Below, piece by piece: positions 48,765 through 57,978 of a stretch of 64,000 bases of DNA. The stretch lies in NCBI GenBank assembly GCA_964648865.1, contig CAZYLV010000005.1, forward strand, positions 6,360 through 70,359, given 5' to 3'. The notes under the pieces were generated by a model. It was not told the origin of the DNA, made no database searches, and worked only from the letters and a program-made list of their open reading frames with translations. A program made the position numbers and the translations under genes. This DNA comes from an uncultured Gammaproteobacteria bacterium (GTDB lineage Bacteria; Patescibacteriota; Patescibacteriia; 2-12-FULL-57-11). Every line of letters starts with the position of its first letter. The stretch's first letter is position 1.

Positions 48765-50210
48765 ATGGCCGCGATGACCGTCGCCGAACTGCAGGACGCC
48801 CTGCGCGCCAAGCGCCTCTCCGCCGTCGAAGCGATGACGGAGACCATGGCGCGCATCGAGCGGCACGAGCCCGCGGTCAACGCCTTCGTCGAGGTCTACG
48901 CCGACGAGGCCATGCACGCCGCCAAGCTCGTCGACGCCGCCCGCGCCGCGGGCGGCGGATTGGGCGCGCTCGCCGGCATCCCCATCGCCATCAAGGACGT
49001 CTTCGTCGACGAGGGGCATGGCGCCTCGGCCGGCTCCAAGATGCTGCGCCGGTACCGCTCGGCCTACAGCGCCACGGTCGTGGACCGGCTGCGCGCCGCG
49101 GGCGCCATCATCATCGGACGCACCAACATGGACGAGTTCGCGATGGGGTCGTCCACCGAGAATTCGGCCTTCGGCGTGACGCGCAATCCCTGGGACACGG
49201 AGCGCGTCCCCGGCGGCTCCTCCGGCGGCTCGGCCGCGGCCGTGGCCGCGGGCATGGTCCCGGCGGCGCTCGGCTCGGACACCGGCGGCTCGGTGCGCCA
49301 GCCCGCCGCCTTCACCGGCGTCACCGGCCTCAAGCCCACCTATGGGCGCGTCTCGCGCTACGGCCTGATGGCCATGGCCAGCTCCTTCGACACCGTCGGG
49401 ACGTTGACGCGCAACGCCGAAGACGCGGCGCTGCTGTTCTCCGTCATCGCCGGAGCCGACCCCAGGGACGCCACCAGCCTCGACGCCGAGGCCTTCCGTT
49501 GGGAGTCGCGCGTCGGGCTCGAGGGCCTGCGCATCGGCATCCCCAAGGAGTGCTTCGGCGAGGGTCTGGACCCGGAGGTCGAGAAGCGGGTGCGGGAGGC
49601 CGTCGCCGCCATGCGCGAGATGGGCGCGGAGGTGCGCGAGGTGTCGTTGCCGGCATCGCCGCAGGCCTTGGCGGCCTATTACGTGCTCGTCCCGGCCGAG
49701 GTCTCCTCCAACATGGCCCGTTACGACGGCGTCCGCTACGGCGAGCGCGTCGCCGGCGACGACCTGATGGCGACCTACGCGGCGACGCGCGGCGCGCTGT
49801 TCGGTCCCGAGGTCAAACGCCGGATCCTGGTCGGGACCTACGTGCTTTCCGCCGGCTATTACGACGCCTACTACCGCCGCGCCCAGCAGGTGCGCACCTT
49901 GGTGCGGCGCGATTTCGACGCGGCCTTCGCCCAGGTCGACCTCATCGCCACGCCGACGGCGCCCTCCGTGGCCTGGCCGCTCGGCGAGAAGTTCTCCGAT
50001 CCGCTGACCATGTACCTGGCCGACGTCTACACCGTGTCCGTCAACGTCGCCGGCCTGCCTGCCGTGTCCGTGCCCTGCGGCCTGGCGCACGGCATGCCGG
50101 CGGGGCTCCAGCTCATCGGCCCGGCACTCTCCGAGCCGACGCTCTTGGCGGCCGCCGCAGCCTACCAGCACGCCCATCCCGCGGGCTTGACCCCACGCCT
50201 GTTCGGTTGA
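48765..50210 (+). CDS. gatA: Asp/Glu-tRNA(Asn/Gln) amidotransferase subunit A
   Basis: Amidase signature 'GGSSGGSAAAVAAG' and 'GSDTGGSVRQPAAF'. Begins 1 nt after the gatC stop. Confidence 0.9.
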   Translation: MAAMTVAELQDALRAKRLSAVEAMTETMARIERHEPAVNAFVEVYADEAMHAAKLVDAARAAGGGLGALAGIPIAIKDVFVDEGHGASAGSKMLRRYRSAYSATVVDRLRAAGAIIIGRTNMDEFAMGSSTENSAFGVTRNPWDTERVPGGSSGGSAAAVAAGMVPAALGSDTGGSVRQPAAFTGVTGLKPTYGRVSRYGLMAMASSFDTVGTLTRNAEDAALLFSVIAGADPRDATSLDAEAFRWESRVGLEGLRIGIPKECFGEGLDPEVEKRVREAVAAMREMGAEVREVSLPASPQALAAYYVLVPAEVSSNMARYDGVRYGERVAGDDLMATYAATRGALFGPEVKRRILVGTYVLSAGYYDAYYRRAQQVRTLVRRDFDAAFAQVDLIATPTAPSVAWPLGEKFSDPLTMYLADVYTVSVNVAGLPAVSVPCGLAHGMPAGLQLIGPALSEPTLLAAAAAYQHAHPAGLTPRLFG

Positions 50211-50213
50211 CCT

Positions 50214-50804
50214 ATGATCCGCACCGGTCCCAACCCCAAGCGACGCATCAACACGGCGGTCGGCCGCCCCACCGGCCGCGCCGCCGCCGCGCCATCCGCC
50301 AAGAAGGCGAAGTCGCGCATGCCCCAGCACACCGCGCAGTGGTGGGAACACGAAGCAAAGAAGCGTCCGCTGGTGCGCTGCGGTTCCTGCGGCGCGTTCT
50401 TCCTCAAGGGCCACTGGACCTTCGTGCCGGCGGGCGCGCAGCGCGGCCTGCAGCGGCAGGCGCGCGCGGCGACGTGTCCCTCATGCGCCGCCGAGCGGCG
50501 CGGGCGGATGCCGGGTGCCGCGGCCGGGGAGCTGACCATCCGCGGCCTGGCGGCGGCGGCCCGACCCCAGGCGCTGCAGACCATCGCCGGGTTCGCCGCC
50601 CGGGCCCGCGACCGCAACCCGGAAGCGCGCGTGCTCACCGTGGACGCCAGCCGCGCCGCCATCGTCGTGCGCACCACGCAGAACCAGCTGGCCGTCCGGC
50701 TCGGCAAGACCCTCGACCGGAGCATGAAGGGCGGGGTGTTGCGCATCGCCTATTCCCAAGACGACCTGCCCCTGCGCGTGACCTGGACCGCGCCGAAGCG
50801 TTGA
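50214..50804 (+). CDS. hypothetical protein with CxxC..CxxC zinc ribbon
   Basis: 'CGSCGAFF...CPSCAAE'. 196 aa. Tightly packed after gatA. Confidence 0.45.
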   Translation: MIRTGPNPKRRINTAVGRPTGRAAAAPSAKKAKSRMPQHTAQWWEHEAKKRPLVRCGSCGAFFLKGHWTFVPAGAQRGLQRQARAATCPSCAAERRGRMPGAAAGELTIRGLAAAARPQALQTIAGFAARARDRNPEARVLTVDASRAAIVVRTTQNQLAVRLGKTLDRSMKGGVLRIAYSQDDLPLRVTWTAPKR

Positions 50805-50822
50805 CGGGAAGAAGGAGGACCC

Positions 50823-52502
50823 GTGACACCCATCCCCACCATCCGGGAGGCCAAAGAAGACGTCCGCCGCCTGCGCCAGGTGGTCCGGGTTCTCTTCGAG
50901 GCGGGTTTCGAGGAGCAGCTCCGGCAGGCCGACCTATGCCGCTTGGTGCCGGTGCCGCGCCGCTTCGTGTGCGCGATCAAGCCCGCGCCGCTCTCGCTGC
51001 CGACCCTCGCCAAGCGGCTGCGCGGGGCCTTCGAGGAGCTGGGGCCGACGTTCGTCAAGCTCGGGCAGATGCTCTCCGTGCGGCCGGACCTGGTGGGTGA
51101 GGACGTGGCCGCCGAGTTCGTCGGGCTGCAGGAGAAGGTGCCGCCGGTGCCGTACGATGCGATCGTGGCCGCCGTGGAGCGCAGCTGGGGCGGTCCGTGG
51201 AAGAAGCGTCTCCGGTCCATCGCCCGGACGCCGCTGGCGTCCGCTTCCGTGGCCCAGGTCCACCGGGCCGTCACCGCCGACGGCAAGGCCGTCGTGCTCA
51301 AGGTGCGCCGCCCCGGCATCAAGGAGGAGGTCGTCCGCGACCTGCACCTGGCGGCGCTCCTGGCGCGTCTCCTCGAGCGCTACGTGCCTGCCGCGCGGCC
51401 GTTCCAGCCCGCGGCCATCGCCCGCGAGTTCTCGGAGTGGACGGTACGTGAGCTCGACTTCATGGTCGAGGCCGGACACATCGAACGGTTCCGTGCCGAT
51501 TTTTCCGACGAGCCGCGGATGCGCGTGCCGCGGGTGTACTGGGAGCTGACCCGCGAGGACGTGCTGGTCATGGACGAAGTGACCGGCGTCCGCGTGGACG
51601 ACGTGGCCGCGTTGCGGCGCAAGAAGGTCTCCCGCCCCAAGACCGCGCAGCTCGTGATGGAGAGTTTCCTCCGGCAGTTCTTCGTGACCGGTTTCTTCCA
51701 CGGCGATCCGCACCCGGGCAACATGCTCGTGACCGCGGGCGGCGGGCTGGCGCTGCTCGACTTCGGCATCATGGGCTCGCTCCCGCGTCGGCTGCGCGAG
51801 GAGCTCATCTCCGCGTTCCTTGCCTACTTGCGCCATGACGTCGAGGCCTACGTCAAGCATGTCCTGGACATGGCGCGCGTCGCGCCGGGCGCCGACGTCC
51901 GCGGGTTCGCGCGCGAGGTCCGCGACATCCTGGACGCCGTCATCTACCGCCCCGCCGCGCGCAAGGGCATCCCCACGGCCTTCTACCGTATCGTCATCGC
52001 CGGCGGCCGCCACGGCGTCCGCTTCCCGACGGACCTGGTACTGCTCGCCAAGGCGCTCCTGACCGTCGAGGGCGTCGTCCGGACGCTGGACCCCAAGGTC
52101 GACATCGAGGCCGCGCTCGACCCGCTCTTCGCGCGGCTGGAGCGTGACCGCCTCGATCCGCGCCTGTGGCTGCCCGACCTCCGCGACGAGGCCTATGAGA
52201 CGGCACGCTCGCTCAGCCACCTCCCGGCGCGCACCGAGGGGTTGCTCCGGCGCGTCGAGGAGGGGAGGCTGTCGGTGCGGTTGGACCTCGAGGAGCTCAA
52301 GAGCATGCTGGCGGAATTCGATCGGGAGAACGACCTGCGCGTCCTGGCCATCGTCGCCACCGGCGCGCTGCTGGCCTCGGCGCTGCTCCTGGCGCAGCCC
52401 GGCGCCTTGCCCGGCGGCGCGGCCTTCGGCAAGATGGGGCTCGTCGTCTCCGCGCTCCTCCTTGCAGGCACCTTCTTGGAGGCACGCAAGAAACCGGCAT
52501 GA
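50823..52502 (+). CDS. UbiB/ABC1 family protein kinase-like protein
   Basis: 'ELGPTFVKLGQMLSVRPDLV', 'ASASVAQVHRA', 'VVLKVRRPGI', 'HGDPHPGN' and 'LDFGIMG' ABC1 motifs. C-terminal TM segment. GTG start after GAAGGAGG. Confidence 0.85.
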   Translation: MTPIPTIREAKEDVRRLRQVVRVLFEAGFEEQLRQADLCRLVPVPRRFVCAIKPAPLSLPTLAKRLRGAFEELGPTFVKLGQMLSVRPDLVGEDVAAEFVGLQEKVPPVPYDAIVAAVERSWGGPWKKRLRSIARTPLASASVAQVHRAVTADGKAVVLKVRRPGIKEEVVRDLHLAALLARLLERYVPAARPFQPAAIAREFSEWTVRELDFMVEAGHIERFRADFSDEPRMRVPRVYWELTREDVLVMDEVTGVRVDDVAALRRKKVSRPKTAQLVMESFLRQFFVTGFFHGDPHPGNMLVTAGGGLALLDFGIMGSLPRRLREELISAFLAYLRHDVEAYVKHVLDMARVAPGADVRGFAREVRDILDAVIYRPAARKGIPTAFYRIVIAGGRHGVRFPTDLVLLAKALLTVEGVVRTLDPKVDIEAALDPLFARLERDRLDPRLWLPDLRDEAYETARSLSHLPARTEGLLRRVEEGRLSVRLDLEELKSMLAEFDRENDLRVLAIVATGALLASALLLAQPGALPGGAAFGKMGLVVSALLLAGTFLEARKKPA

Positions 52503-53293
52503 TCCCGTATTTCGCGTTCCACGTCATCCCGCTCGGCCCCATCGCCATCCAGGTGTGGGGCCTGTTCGTCGCGCTCGGGCTGCTCACGGCGAGCTGGCTG
52601 CTCGCGCGCATCCTCAAACGGGACGGGCATGGTCCGGAGCTGGCGTGGAACCTGGCCTTTTGGGCGATGCTCGGCGCCGTGGTCGGCGCGCGTCTCGGCC
52701 ATGTCTTCTTCTACGACTGGGATCACTTCTCCGCGGACCCGGCCGAGATCGTCGCCGTCTGGAAGGGCGGCCTCTCTTCCTTCGGCGGCTTCTTCGGCGG
52801 CGCGCTCGCAGGGCTGGCGTACTTGCGCGCCAAGAAGGCCGATCTCCTGCGCATCACGGACGCCACGCTCGCGGCGTTGCCGCTCGGCTGGGCCATCGGG
52901 CGCATCGGTTGCTTCCTCATCCACGACCATCCCGGGACGCTCACCAACTCGCCCTTCGGCGTGCAGTTCCCGGACGGCGCGCGCTTCGACCTCGGCATGA
53001 TCGACGGGCTCGTCGGCCTGCTGGTCTTCGCCGTGGTCTACCCGTTCCACCGTATCTTCGGGCGGCGCATCCCCGGGTTGACGACCGGCCTGGCGCTCCA
53101 GCTCTACGCCCTGCTGCGCTTCCTCACGGATTTCCTGCGCGCCACCGATCTGCCCAACAGCGACCCGCGGTATCTGGGCCTGACCCCGGCCCAATACGCC
53201 TGTATCGTCTTTTTCCTCATCGGCGACGTGCTCATCGTGCGGGCCGTCTTGGGCCTCAGGAAGCGCGTCTCGCCAAGCTCCGACGGCGTGTAG
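52499..53293 (+). CDS. lgt: prolipoprotein diacylglyceryl transferase
   Basis: 'GLFVALG', 'GARLGHVFFY', 'VWKGGLSSFGG' and 'GRIGCFLIHDHPG' Lgt motifs. ATGA overlap with ubiB. Confidence 0.85.
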   Translation: MIPYFAFHVIPLGPIAIQVWGLFVALGLLTASWLLARILKRDGHGPELAWNLAFWAMLGAVVGARLGHVFFYDWDHFSADPAEIVAVWKGGLSSFGGFFGGALAGLAYLRAKKADLLRITDATLAALPLGWAIGRIGCFLIHDHPGTLTNSPFGVQFPDGARFDLGMIDGLVGLLVFAVVYPFHRIFGRRIPGLTTGLALQLYALLRFLTDFLRATDLPNSDPRYLGLTPAQYACIVFFLIGDVLIVRAVLGLRKRVSPSSDGV

Positions 53294-53296
53294 TAT
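53291..53296 (+). promoter_or_regulatory. -10 box TAGTAT, 11 nt before the blaI-like ATG
   Basis: Lies at the end of lgt. Near-leaderless spacing. Confidence 0.4.
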
Positions 53297-53307
53297 CATG
53301 GGGGCGT

Positions 53308-53823
53308 ATGAAGCTCTTCGGGGAACTCGAAGGCGCCATCATGCGGACCCTCTGGGAAGGGGGAGAGATGACCGTCCGCGACGTCCATGAACGGCTGTCG
53401 GCCTCGCATGGCGTGGCCTACACCACCGTGATGACGGTCATGGCGCGGCTCGCCGCCAAGCGGATGCTCAGCCGCCGCATGGAGGACGGCGTCTACGTCT
53501 ACCGCACCCGGGAGACCGTGGACCACTTCTTCGCAGGCCTGTGCGGCAAACTGGTGGAGACCATCCGCAAGGACTACGGGGCGACCGCCGCGCAGGCCTT
53601 CGTCTCCGAGTTCGGCCGCAAGCTCAAGGCCTTCGCGGCCATGGCGCTGGTCTCGCTGGCGCTCTTCGGCGGGGTGCAGGCCTGGGCCGCGGCGTCGCCT
53701 GCCCATGAGGCCGTCTGCCGCGCCTTGGCGCTGGCCTGCGCCGATCCCGCGCCGCGCTCCATCGCCCTCGACGCGATGACCCCGGCCGAGCGGCTCTCCG
53801 TGCTGCCGCTCTCGCGTCCATGA
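53308..53823 (+). CDS. BlaI/MecI/CopY family winged-helix transcriptional repressor with C-terminal hydrophobic extension
   Basis: 'AIMRTLWEGGEMTVRDVHERLSASHGVAYTTVMTVMARLAAKRMLSR' matches the BlaI N-terminal DNA-binding domain. Confidence 0.65.
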   Translation: MKLFGELEGAIMRTLWEGGEMTVRDVHERLSASHGVAYTTVMTVMARLAAKRMLSRRMEDGVYVYRTRETVDHFFAGLCGKLVETIRKDYGATAAQAFVSEFGRKLKAFAAMALVSLALFGGVQAWAAASPAHEAVCRALALACADPAPRSIALDAMTPAERLSVLPLSRP

Positions 53824-55328
53824 CCCCCTCCCGTCCGTACCTGTGGGTCGTGGCGTTCGTCTCCGGGATGTGCGTCATGGCCGTGGAGATGACCGCCTCA
53901 CGGCTCGTGGCGCCGTACTTCGGCACCTCGCTCTTCGTCTGGGCCAACGTCATCGGCATGATCATGGCGGCGCTGGCCGTGGGCTATTGGGCGGGCGGCA
54001 AGCTCGCCGAGCGTTCGCCCAAGGCCGAGACGCTGCTCCTCCTGCTCCTCATCGCCGCGGCGCTGGCCGGAGCCATCCCGTTCCTGGTGTCGCCGCTCTC
54101 AGGCTTCGTCGTGGCGCGCTTCATCGGCGCCGCCGGGGCGCTGCTCATCGCGCTCGGCTCTTTGCTCGTGCTCTTGGTCCTCTTCGCGTTGCCCATCCTC
54201 CTGATGGGCATGACCAGCCCGTTCCTGATCAAGCTGCTGAGCGACCATCGGGGAGCGGGGGAGACCGCCGGAGGGGTCTTCGCCCTCTCGACCATCGGCT
54301 CGCTGGTGGGCACCTTCTTGCCGGCCTTCCTGCTGGTCCCGACCATCGGCAGCCGCGCCACGGTGCTGCTCTTCGCGGGGCTGCTCTTGGCGGTGGTGCT
54401 CTTCGGCCTGCTCGGCAGGCGGTTCGGGTTCCTGGCTCTGCTTGTGCTGCTGGCCGTCCCGCCGCTGGCCGAACAGCCGGTACGCGCCGCCGAGCACACC
54501 CTGGCCGAGACCGAGAGCCCGTACCAGTACATCCAGATCATCGAGCAGGGCGGCTTCCGCCAGCTGCGCTTCAACGAGGGGCTTGCCGTCCAGAGCTTGG
54601 AGCGCGCCGACACGCCGTTCACGGGGCGCTATTGGGACACCGTCTTCCCGCTGCCCAACCTCTCGCCTGCGGAGAAGCCCAAGGTGCTCATCCTCGGGCT
54701 GGCCACCGGTGCCATCGCCCGCGGCATCATCGAGACGCGCGCACCGGGCGCGGTCCACGTCACGGGGGTCGAGATCGACGGCGCGGTGGTCGAGTACGGC
54801 CGCCGCTTCTTTTCGCTGGACCGGCTCCCGGAGGAGCAGCTCCGCGTCGTCATCGAGGACGCGCGGACGTTCCTGCGCCGCACCGACGGGACCTACGACA
54901 TGATCCTGGTCGATGCCTACGCCAACCAGCTGTACATCCCGCCGCACCTGGCCTCGCAGGAGTTCTTCGCCCTGGCCAAGGAGCGCTTGAACCCGGGCGG
55001 GATCCTCGTGGCGAATGTCAACGCGCCGCTGCGCACCTCGCCGCTGCTCACCAGCATCGTCCGGACCATCGGCACGAGCTTCCCGGAGATCGACGTCTAC
55101 CACGTCCCCAATTCCTGGAATCGGGTCATCGTGGCCTCGGACCGCGAGATCGATTGGGAGGGCGCCAAGGCGCGCGTCCCCGAGCAGCTGCAGCAGGTCT
55201 ACGACGAGACGCTCAGCGACTTGGCGGACATCGACCCCTCGCACGGCATGATCCTGACGGATGACAAGGCGCCGGTGGAACTGATGACGGATGCGATGAT
55301 TTTCGAGGCCTACCGTAGTGCGCGGTGA
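53820..55328 (+). CDS. membrane-anchored spermidine synthase-like protein (polyamine aminopropyltransferase family, N-terminal polytopic domain)
   Basis: About 7 TM helices, then 'VLILGLATGAIARGII', 'VTGVEIDGAVVE', 'DMILVDAY' and 'LNPGGILVANV' SAM-fold motifs. Confidence 0.7.
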   Translation: MTPSRPYLWVVAFVSGMCVMAVEMTASRLVAPYFGTSLFVWANVIGMIMAALAVGYWAGGKLAERSPKAETLLLLLLIAAALAGAIPFLVSPLSGFVVARFIGAAGALLIALGSLLVLLVLFALPILLMGMTSPFLIKLLSDHRGAGETAGGVFALSTIGSLVGTFLPAFLLVPTIGSRATVLLFAGLLLAVVLFGLLGRRFGFLALLVLLAVPPLAEQPVRAAEHTLAETESPYQYIQIIEQGGFRQLRFNEGLAVQSLERADTPFTGRYWDTVFPLPNLSPAEKPKVLILGLATGAIARGIIETRAPGAVHVTGVEIDGAVVEYGRRFFSLDRLPEEQLRVVIEDARTFLRRTDGTYDMILVDAYANQLYIPPHLASQEFFALAKERLNPGGILVANVNAPLRTSPLLTSIVRTIGTSFPEIDVYHVPNSWNRVIVASDREIDWEGAKARVPEQLQQVYDETLSDLADIDPSHGMILTDDKAPVELMTDAMIFEAYRSAR

Positions 55329-55329
55329 T

Positions 55330-55683
55330 ATGGCGTACGACCAGACGCTGGCCGGCCGGATCCGTGATGAGCTCGAGTCCGAGCGCGGCATCACAGAGAA
55401 GGAGATGTTCGGCGGCATCGCGTTTCTCGTCGATGGCAAGATGTTCGTCGGTGTCTCCGGCGACGATCTGATGGCGCGCATCGGGCCAGAGGCCTACCCG
55501 GCGGCGCTCAAGGAAAGGCATGTCCGCGAGATGCGTTTCACGGGCAAACCGTTTGTCGGCTACGTCTTCGTCGGTCCGACGGCCATCGCGGACGAACAGG
55601 CGCTACGGCGTTGGATCGGCATGAGCTTGACCTTCGTCCGGACGGTCAAAAAGGGACCGAAGCGTCCCAGGAAGAAGGGTTGA
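55330..55683 (+). CDS. TfoX N-terminal domain protein (competence regulator family)
   Basis: 'LAGRIRDELESERGITEKEMFGGIAFLVDGKMFVGVSGDDLMARIG' has the typical TfoX_N 'MFGG..F...GKMF' core. 117 aa. Confidence 0.6.
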   Translation: MAYDQTLAGRIRDELESERGITEKEMFGGIAFLVDGKMFVGVSGDDLMARIGPEAYPAALKERHVREMRFTGKPFVGYVFVGPTAIADEQALRRWIGMSLTFVRTVKKGPKRPRKKG

Positions 55684-55704
55684 AGCGGCAGCGGTCTTTG
55701 TCAT

Positions 55705-55735
55705 GAAAAAAGCGGGGAGGGGACGCCTCTCCGCT
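55705..55735 (-). terminator. rho-independent terminator for the minus-strand gene (AGCGGGGAGG-GGACG-CCTCTCCGCT + T6 on minus strand)
   Basis: Hairpin with an A6 tract on the plus strand. Confidence 0.7.
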
Positions 55736-56408
55736 CACTCCGCGGCCTGCTGCTCCGGGAAGCGCAGCGCCGCGCGCAGCTCGCCGTAGGTCTGCACCGT
55801 CCGCGGGAAGAGCACCCGCAGGCCGCAGCTCCGGCAGAGGATGGCATCGTGCCGCGCCGTGGCGCGGACCCGATCCATGTAGCCGCTGCAGTACTTGTGC
55901 ACGCCCACGCAGGTGGTCAGCGCCTTGTCGTCCCGGGAGTGGTCCACGAACCCGCTGCCGCGCGGCGGGTACTCGCACAGCAGGTCGCCCTCGGGCGTCA
56001 GCTGCACCGGCGTGAGCGGCACGCTCCGGGCGATCTCCGCGGCGACGACGGCCCGGTACCCGCCCCGCTGCTCGCAGCCATACCGATTGGCGGGGCTGAT
56101 CACCTGCCACAGCAGGCGGTCCAGCCACGTGCTCGCCGCGTAGTCGTCCTTGCCGTCCTCGTCCAGCGCCTTGTACGGGCACAGGCCGTTGATGGCGTAG
56201 GTCTCGCCCGTGGCGCTGCCGTCCTGATCGCGGTAGCGGCCGCGGAGCCGTCCCGGCACGACCGCCGAGACCTCGAATCCTGCGGCCACCACCGTCCTCA
56301 GCAGCACGTGCACCTCGGCCTCATCCAGGGCCACGTGGCCATCCCAGCGCCGATGGTTGAGCGCCAGGTCCACGAACGCGGCGGCCACCTCTTGCGCATC
56401 GTCGGACA
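55735..56408 (-). CDS. Cys-rich hypothetical protein
   Basis: 224 aa from ATG 56408, preceded by a perfect AAGGAGGTG SD. Motifs 'GLCPYK', 'YGCEQ', 'TTCVGVHKYCSGY', 'CRSCG'. Longer listed ORF trimmed because it overlaps tRNA-Ser. Confidence 0.5.
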
Positions 56409-56467
56409 TCGTCACCTCCTTAGGGTGGACCGTAACGCACGGTCGGGCGGCTGTCCACCCTGCACAC

Positions 56468-56496
56468 TTGCCACGTGCTCCCGCGTCGGCTATCCT
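56468..56496 (+). promoter_or_regulatory. sigma70-like promoter TTGCCA-17-TATCCT for tRNA-Ser
   Basis: 17-nt spacer. The -10 ends 21 nt before the tRNA 5' end. Confidence 0.45.
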
Positions 56497-56517
56497 TTCC
56501 CCGCACAACCCAGCCCT

Positions 56518-56605
<88 letters not shown>

Positions 56606-56606
56606 G

Positions 56607-56636
56607 AAAAGGATCCGAGTGTCGGGTCCTTTTCTC
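56607..56636 (+). terminator. rho-independent terminator after tRNA-Ser (GGATCCG-AGTGT-CGGGTCC + TTTTC)
   Basis: Stem with one G-T wobble followed by a T-tract. Confidence 0.75.
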
Positions 56637-56736
56637 GTTCAGGGATTCGAACAGAGGGGCGGCGGGGGAGAGCATCTCCCCCGTGGCGGTGCCCACGCAC
56701 CGAGGGGTGCGTGAAGCGAACGGAGTGAGCGCGTGA

Positions 56737-56790
56737 GAATCCCTCCCTCTCCGCCAGAAAGGACTCCGCCTCGCGGGGTCCCTTCTCGTA
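56737..56790 (+). repeat. direct repeat of tRNA-Ser 3' end plus terminator-like hairpin (att-like duplication)
   Basis: GAATCCCTCCCTCTCCGCCAGAAAGGACTCCGCCTCGCGGGGTCCCTTCTCG. The hairpin differs from copy 1 by compensatory changes. Confidence 0.6.
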
Positions 56791-56810
56791 TGATAGGCTG
56801 AAAGGGAGCT

Positions 56811-57242
56811 ATGGAGCTGGGATTCATTTATGCTGTCGGCGCGGCTGTCACCTGGGGGTTGGTCTATGCCATCGACCAGAAGATCCTCGAGGGGATCTCG
56901 CCCTTCGCGCTGCTGTTCGTCTCCTCGGTCTTCGGGGCCTTCATCATGCTGCCGTTCGTGGCCTTCGACGACGGCTCCATCAAGACCTTGCTGACTTCCG
57001 GCAAGGGGAGCCTGGCCCTGATCGTGGCGTCGGCGGCGTTGGCCACGCTAGCCAGCTTCCTGATCCTGGCCAGCATCAAGAGCCTGGACGCCGCCAGCGC
57101 CTCGATCATCGAGATCTCCTATCCGTTCTTCGTGGTGCTGTTCAGCTTCATCATCTTCCGGACGGTGCCCAACATGGCCTTCTACCTCGGGGGAGCGCTG
57201 GTCTTCCTTGGTTCGTTCATCATCATCCGCTACGCGACATGA
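56811..57242 (+). CDS. EamA/DMT-like small membrane transporter (4 TM helices)
   Basis: 143 aa. Four hydrophobic helices with the EamA-like 'SP..LLFVSS' and 'SFIIIR' ends. TATGAT box 16 nt upstream. Confidence 0.55.
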   Translation: MELGFIYAVGAAVTWGLVYAIDQKILEGISPFALLFVSSVFGAFIMLPFVAFDDGSIKTLLTSGKGSLALIVASAALATLASFLILASIKSLDAASASIIEISYPFFVVLFSFIIFRTVPNMAFYLGGALVFLGSFIIIRYAT

Positions 57243-57318
57243 TACCTTCCTGCCCATGAAGAAGTTCGACCTGTCCGCGCTGCGGCGGGCGTATGAAGGG
57301 AAGTAACCGACACGTGGT

Positions 57319-57612
57319 ATGAAGACGTCCGACCTCAAGCAGAAGCTCGAACACGGCGAGGAGGTGCTGCTCCTCGACGTCCGGGAGGCAGACGAGTTCG
57401 ACGCCGGCGACAGGATTCCAGGCGCGCGGAACATGCCGATGGGCAAGGTCTTCGTCGAGGCGGCGCAGGGGCACCTGCCCAAGGACAAGAAGATCGTGGC
57501 CATCTGCAAGACCGGCGGCCGCTGCGAGATCGTCGCCCGCGAGCTCAAGCAGAAGGGCTACGACATCGAGCATCTCGAAGGCGGCGTCGAAGGGTGGAAG
57601 AAGGAGGCGTGA
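57319..57612 (+). CDS. single-domain rhodanese (sulfurtransferase)
   Basis: 'LLLDVREADEF' and the active-site loop 'CKTGGRC'. 97 aa. Confidence 0.8.
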   Translation: MKTSDLKQKLEHGEEVLLLDVREADEFDAGDRIPGARNMPMGKVFVEAAQGHLPKDKKIVAICKTGGRCEIVARELKQKGYDIEHLEGGVEGWKKEA

Positions 57613-57618
57613 GGACCC

Positions 57619-57978
57619 ATGCGCGTCCGCTTCGACAACCCGGGCATGACCGGCGAGCAGCTCCTGCGCAAGGCAGGGTATGGTGAGCTGCGGGACCGCC
57701 GTTCGAGCGAGCGCTCCTGGTTCAAGCGCTTCGGTCCGGAGTTCTACCCGCGCTTCCACGCGTACGTCGAGGAGGGGGCCGACGGCCTCACCGTGAAACT
57801 GCACTTGGACCAGAAGAAGCCCACCTACGAGGGCTTTTCCGCCCACAGCGGCGAGTACGAGGGTCCGGCCGTGGAGCGCGAAGCGCAACGGTTGCGCGAC
57901 CTGGCCGCGAAGGTCGTCGCGCAACCGCCGTCGGCGCAGCCGCCCAAAGGATTGTTCGCCCGTCTCTTCGGCCTATGA
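57619..57978 (+). CDS. hypothetical protein
   Basis: 119 aa. Starts 6 nt after the rhodanese stop. Overlaps the next gene by 4 nt. Confidence 0.45.
   Translation: MRVRFDNPGMTGEQLLRKAGYGELRDRRSSERSWFKRFGPEFYPRFHAYVEEGADGLTVKLHLDQKKPTYEGFSAHSGEYEGPAVEREAQRLRDLAAKVVAQPPSAQPPKGLFARLFGL

Noticed and set aside
56606-56737. Additional tRNA between the two tRNA-Ser 3'-end copies (GGATTCGAAC motif)
   Set aside because: The flanks do not form a T-stem or acceptor stem. It is more likely a pair of stand-alone hairpins.
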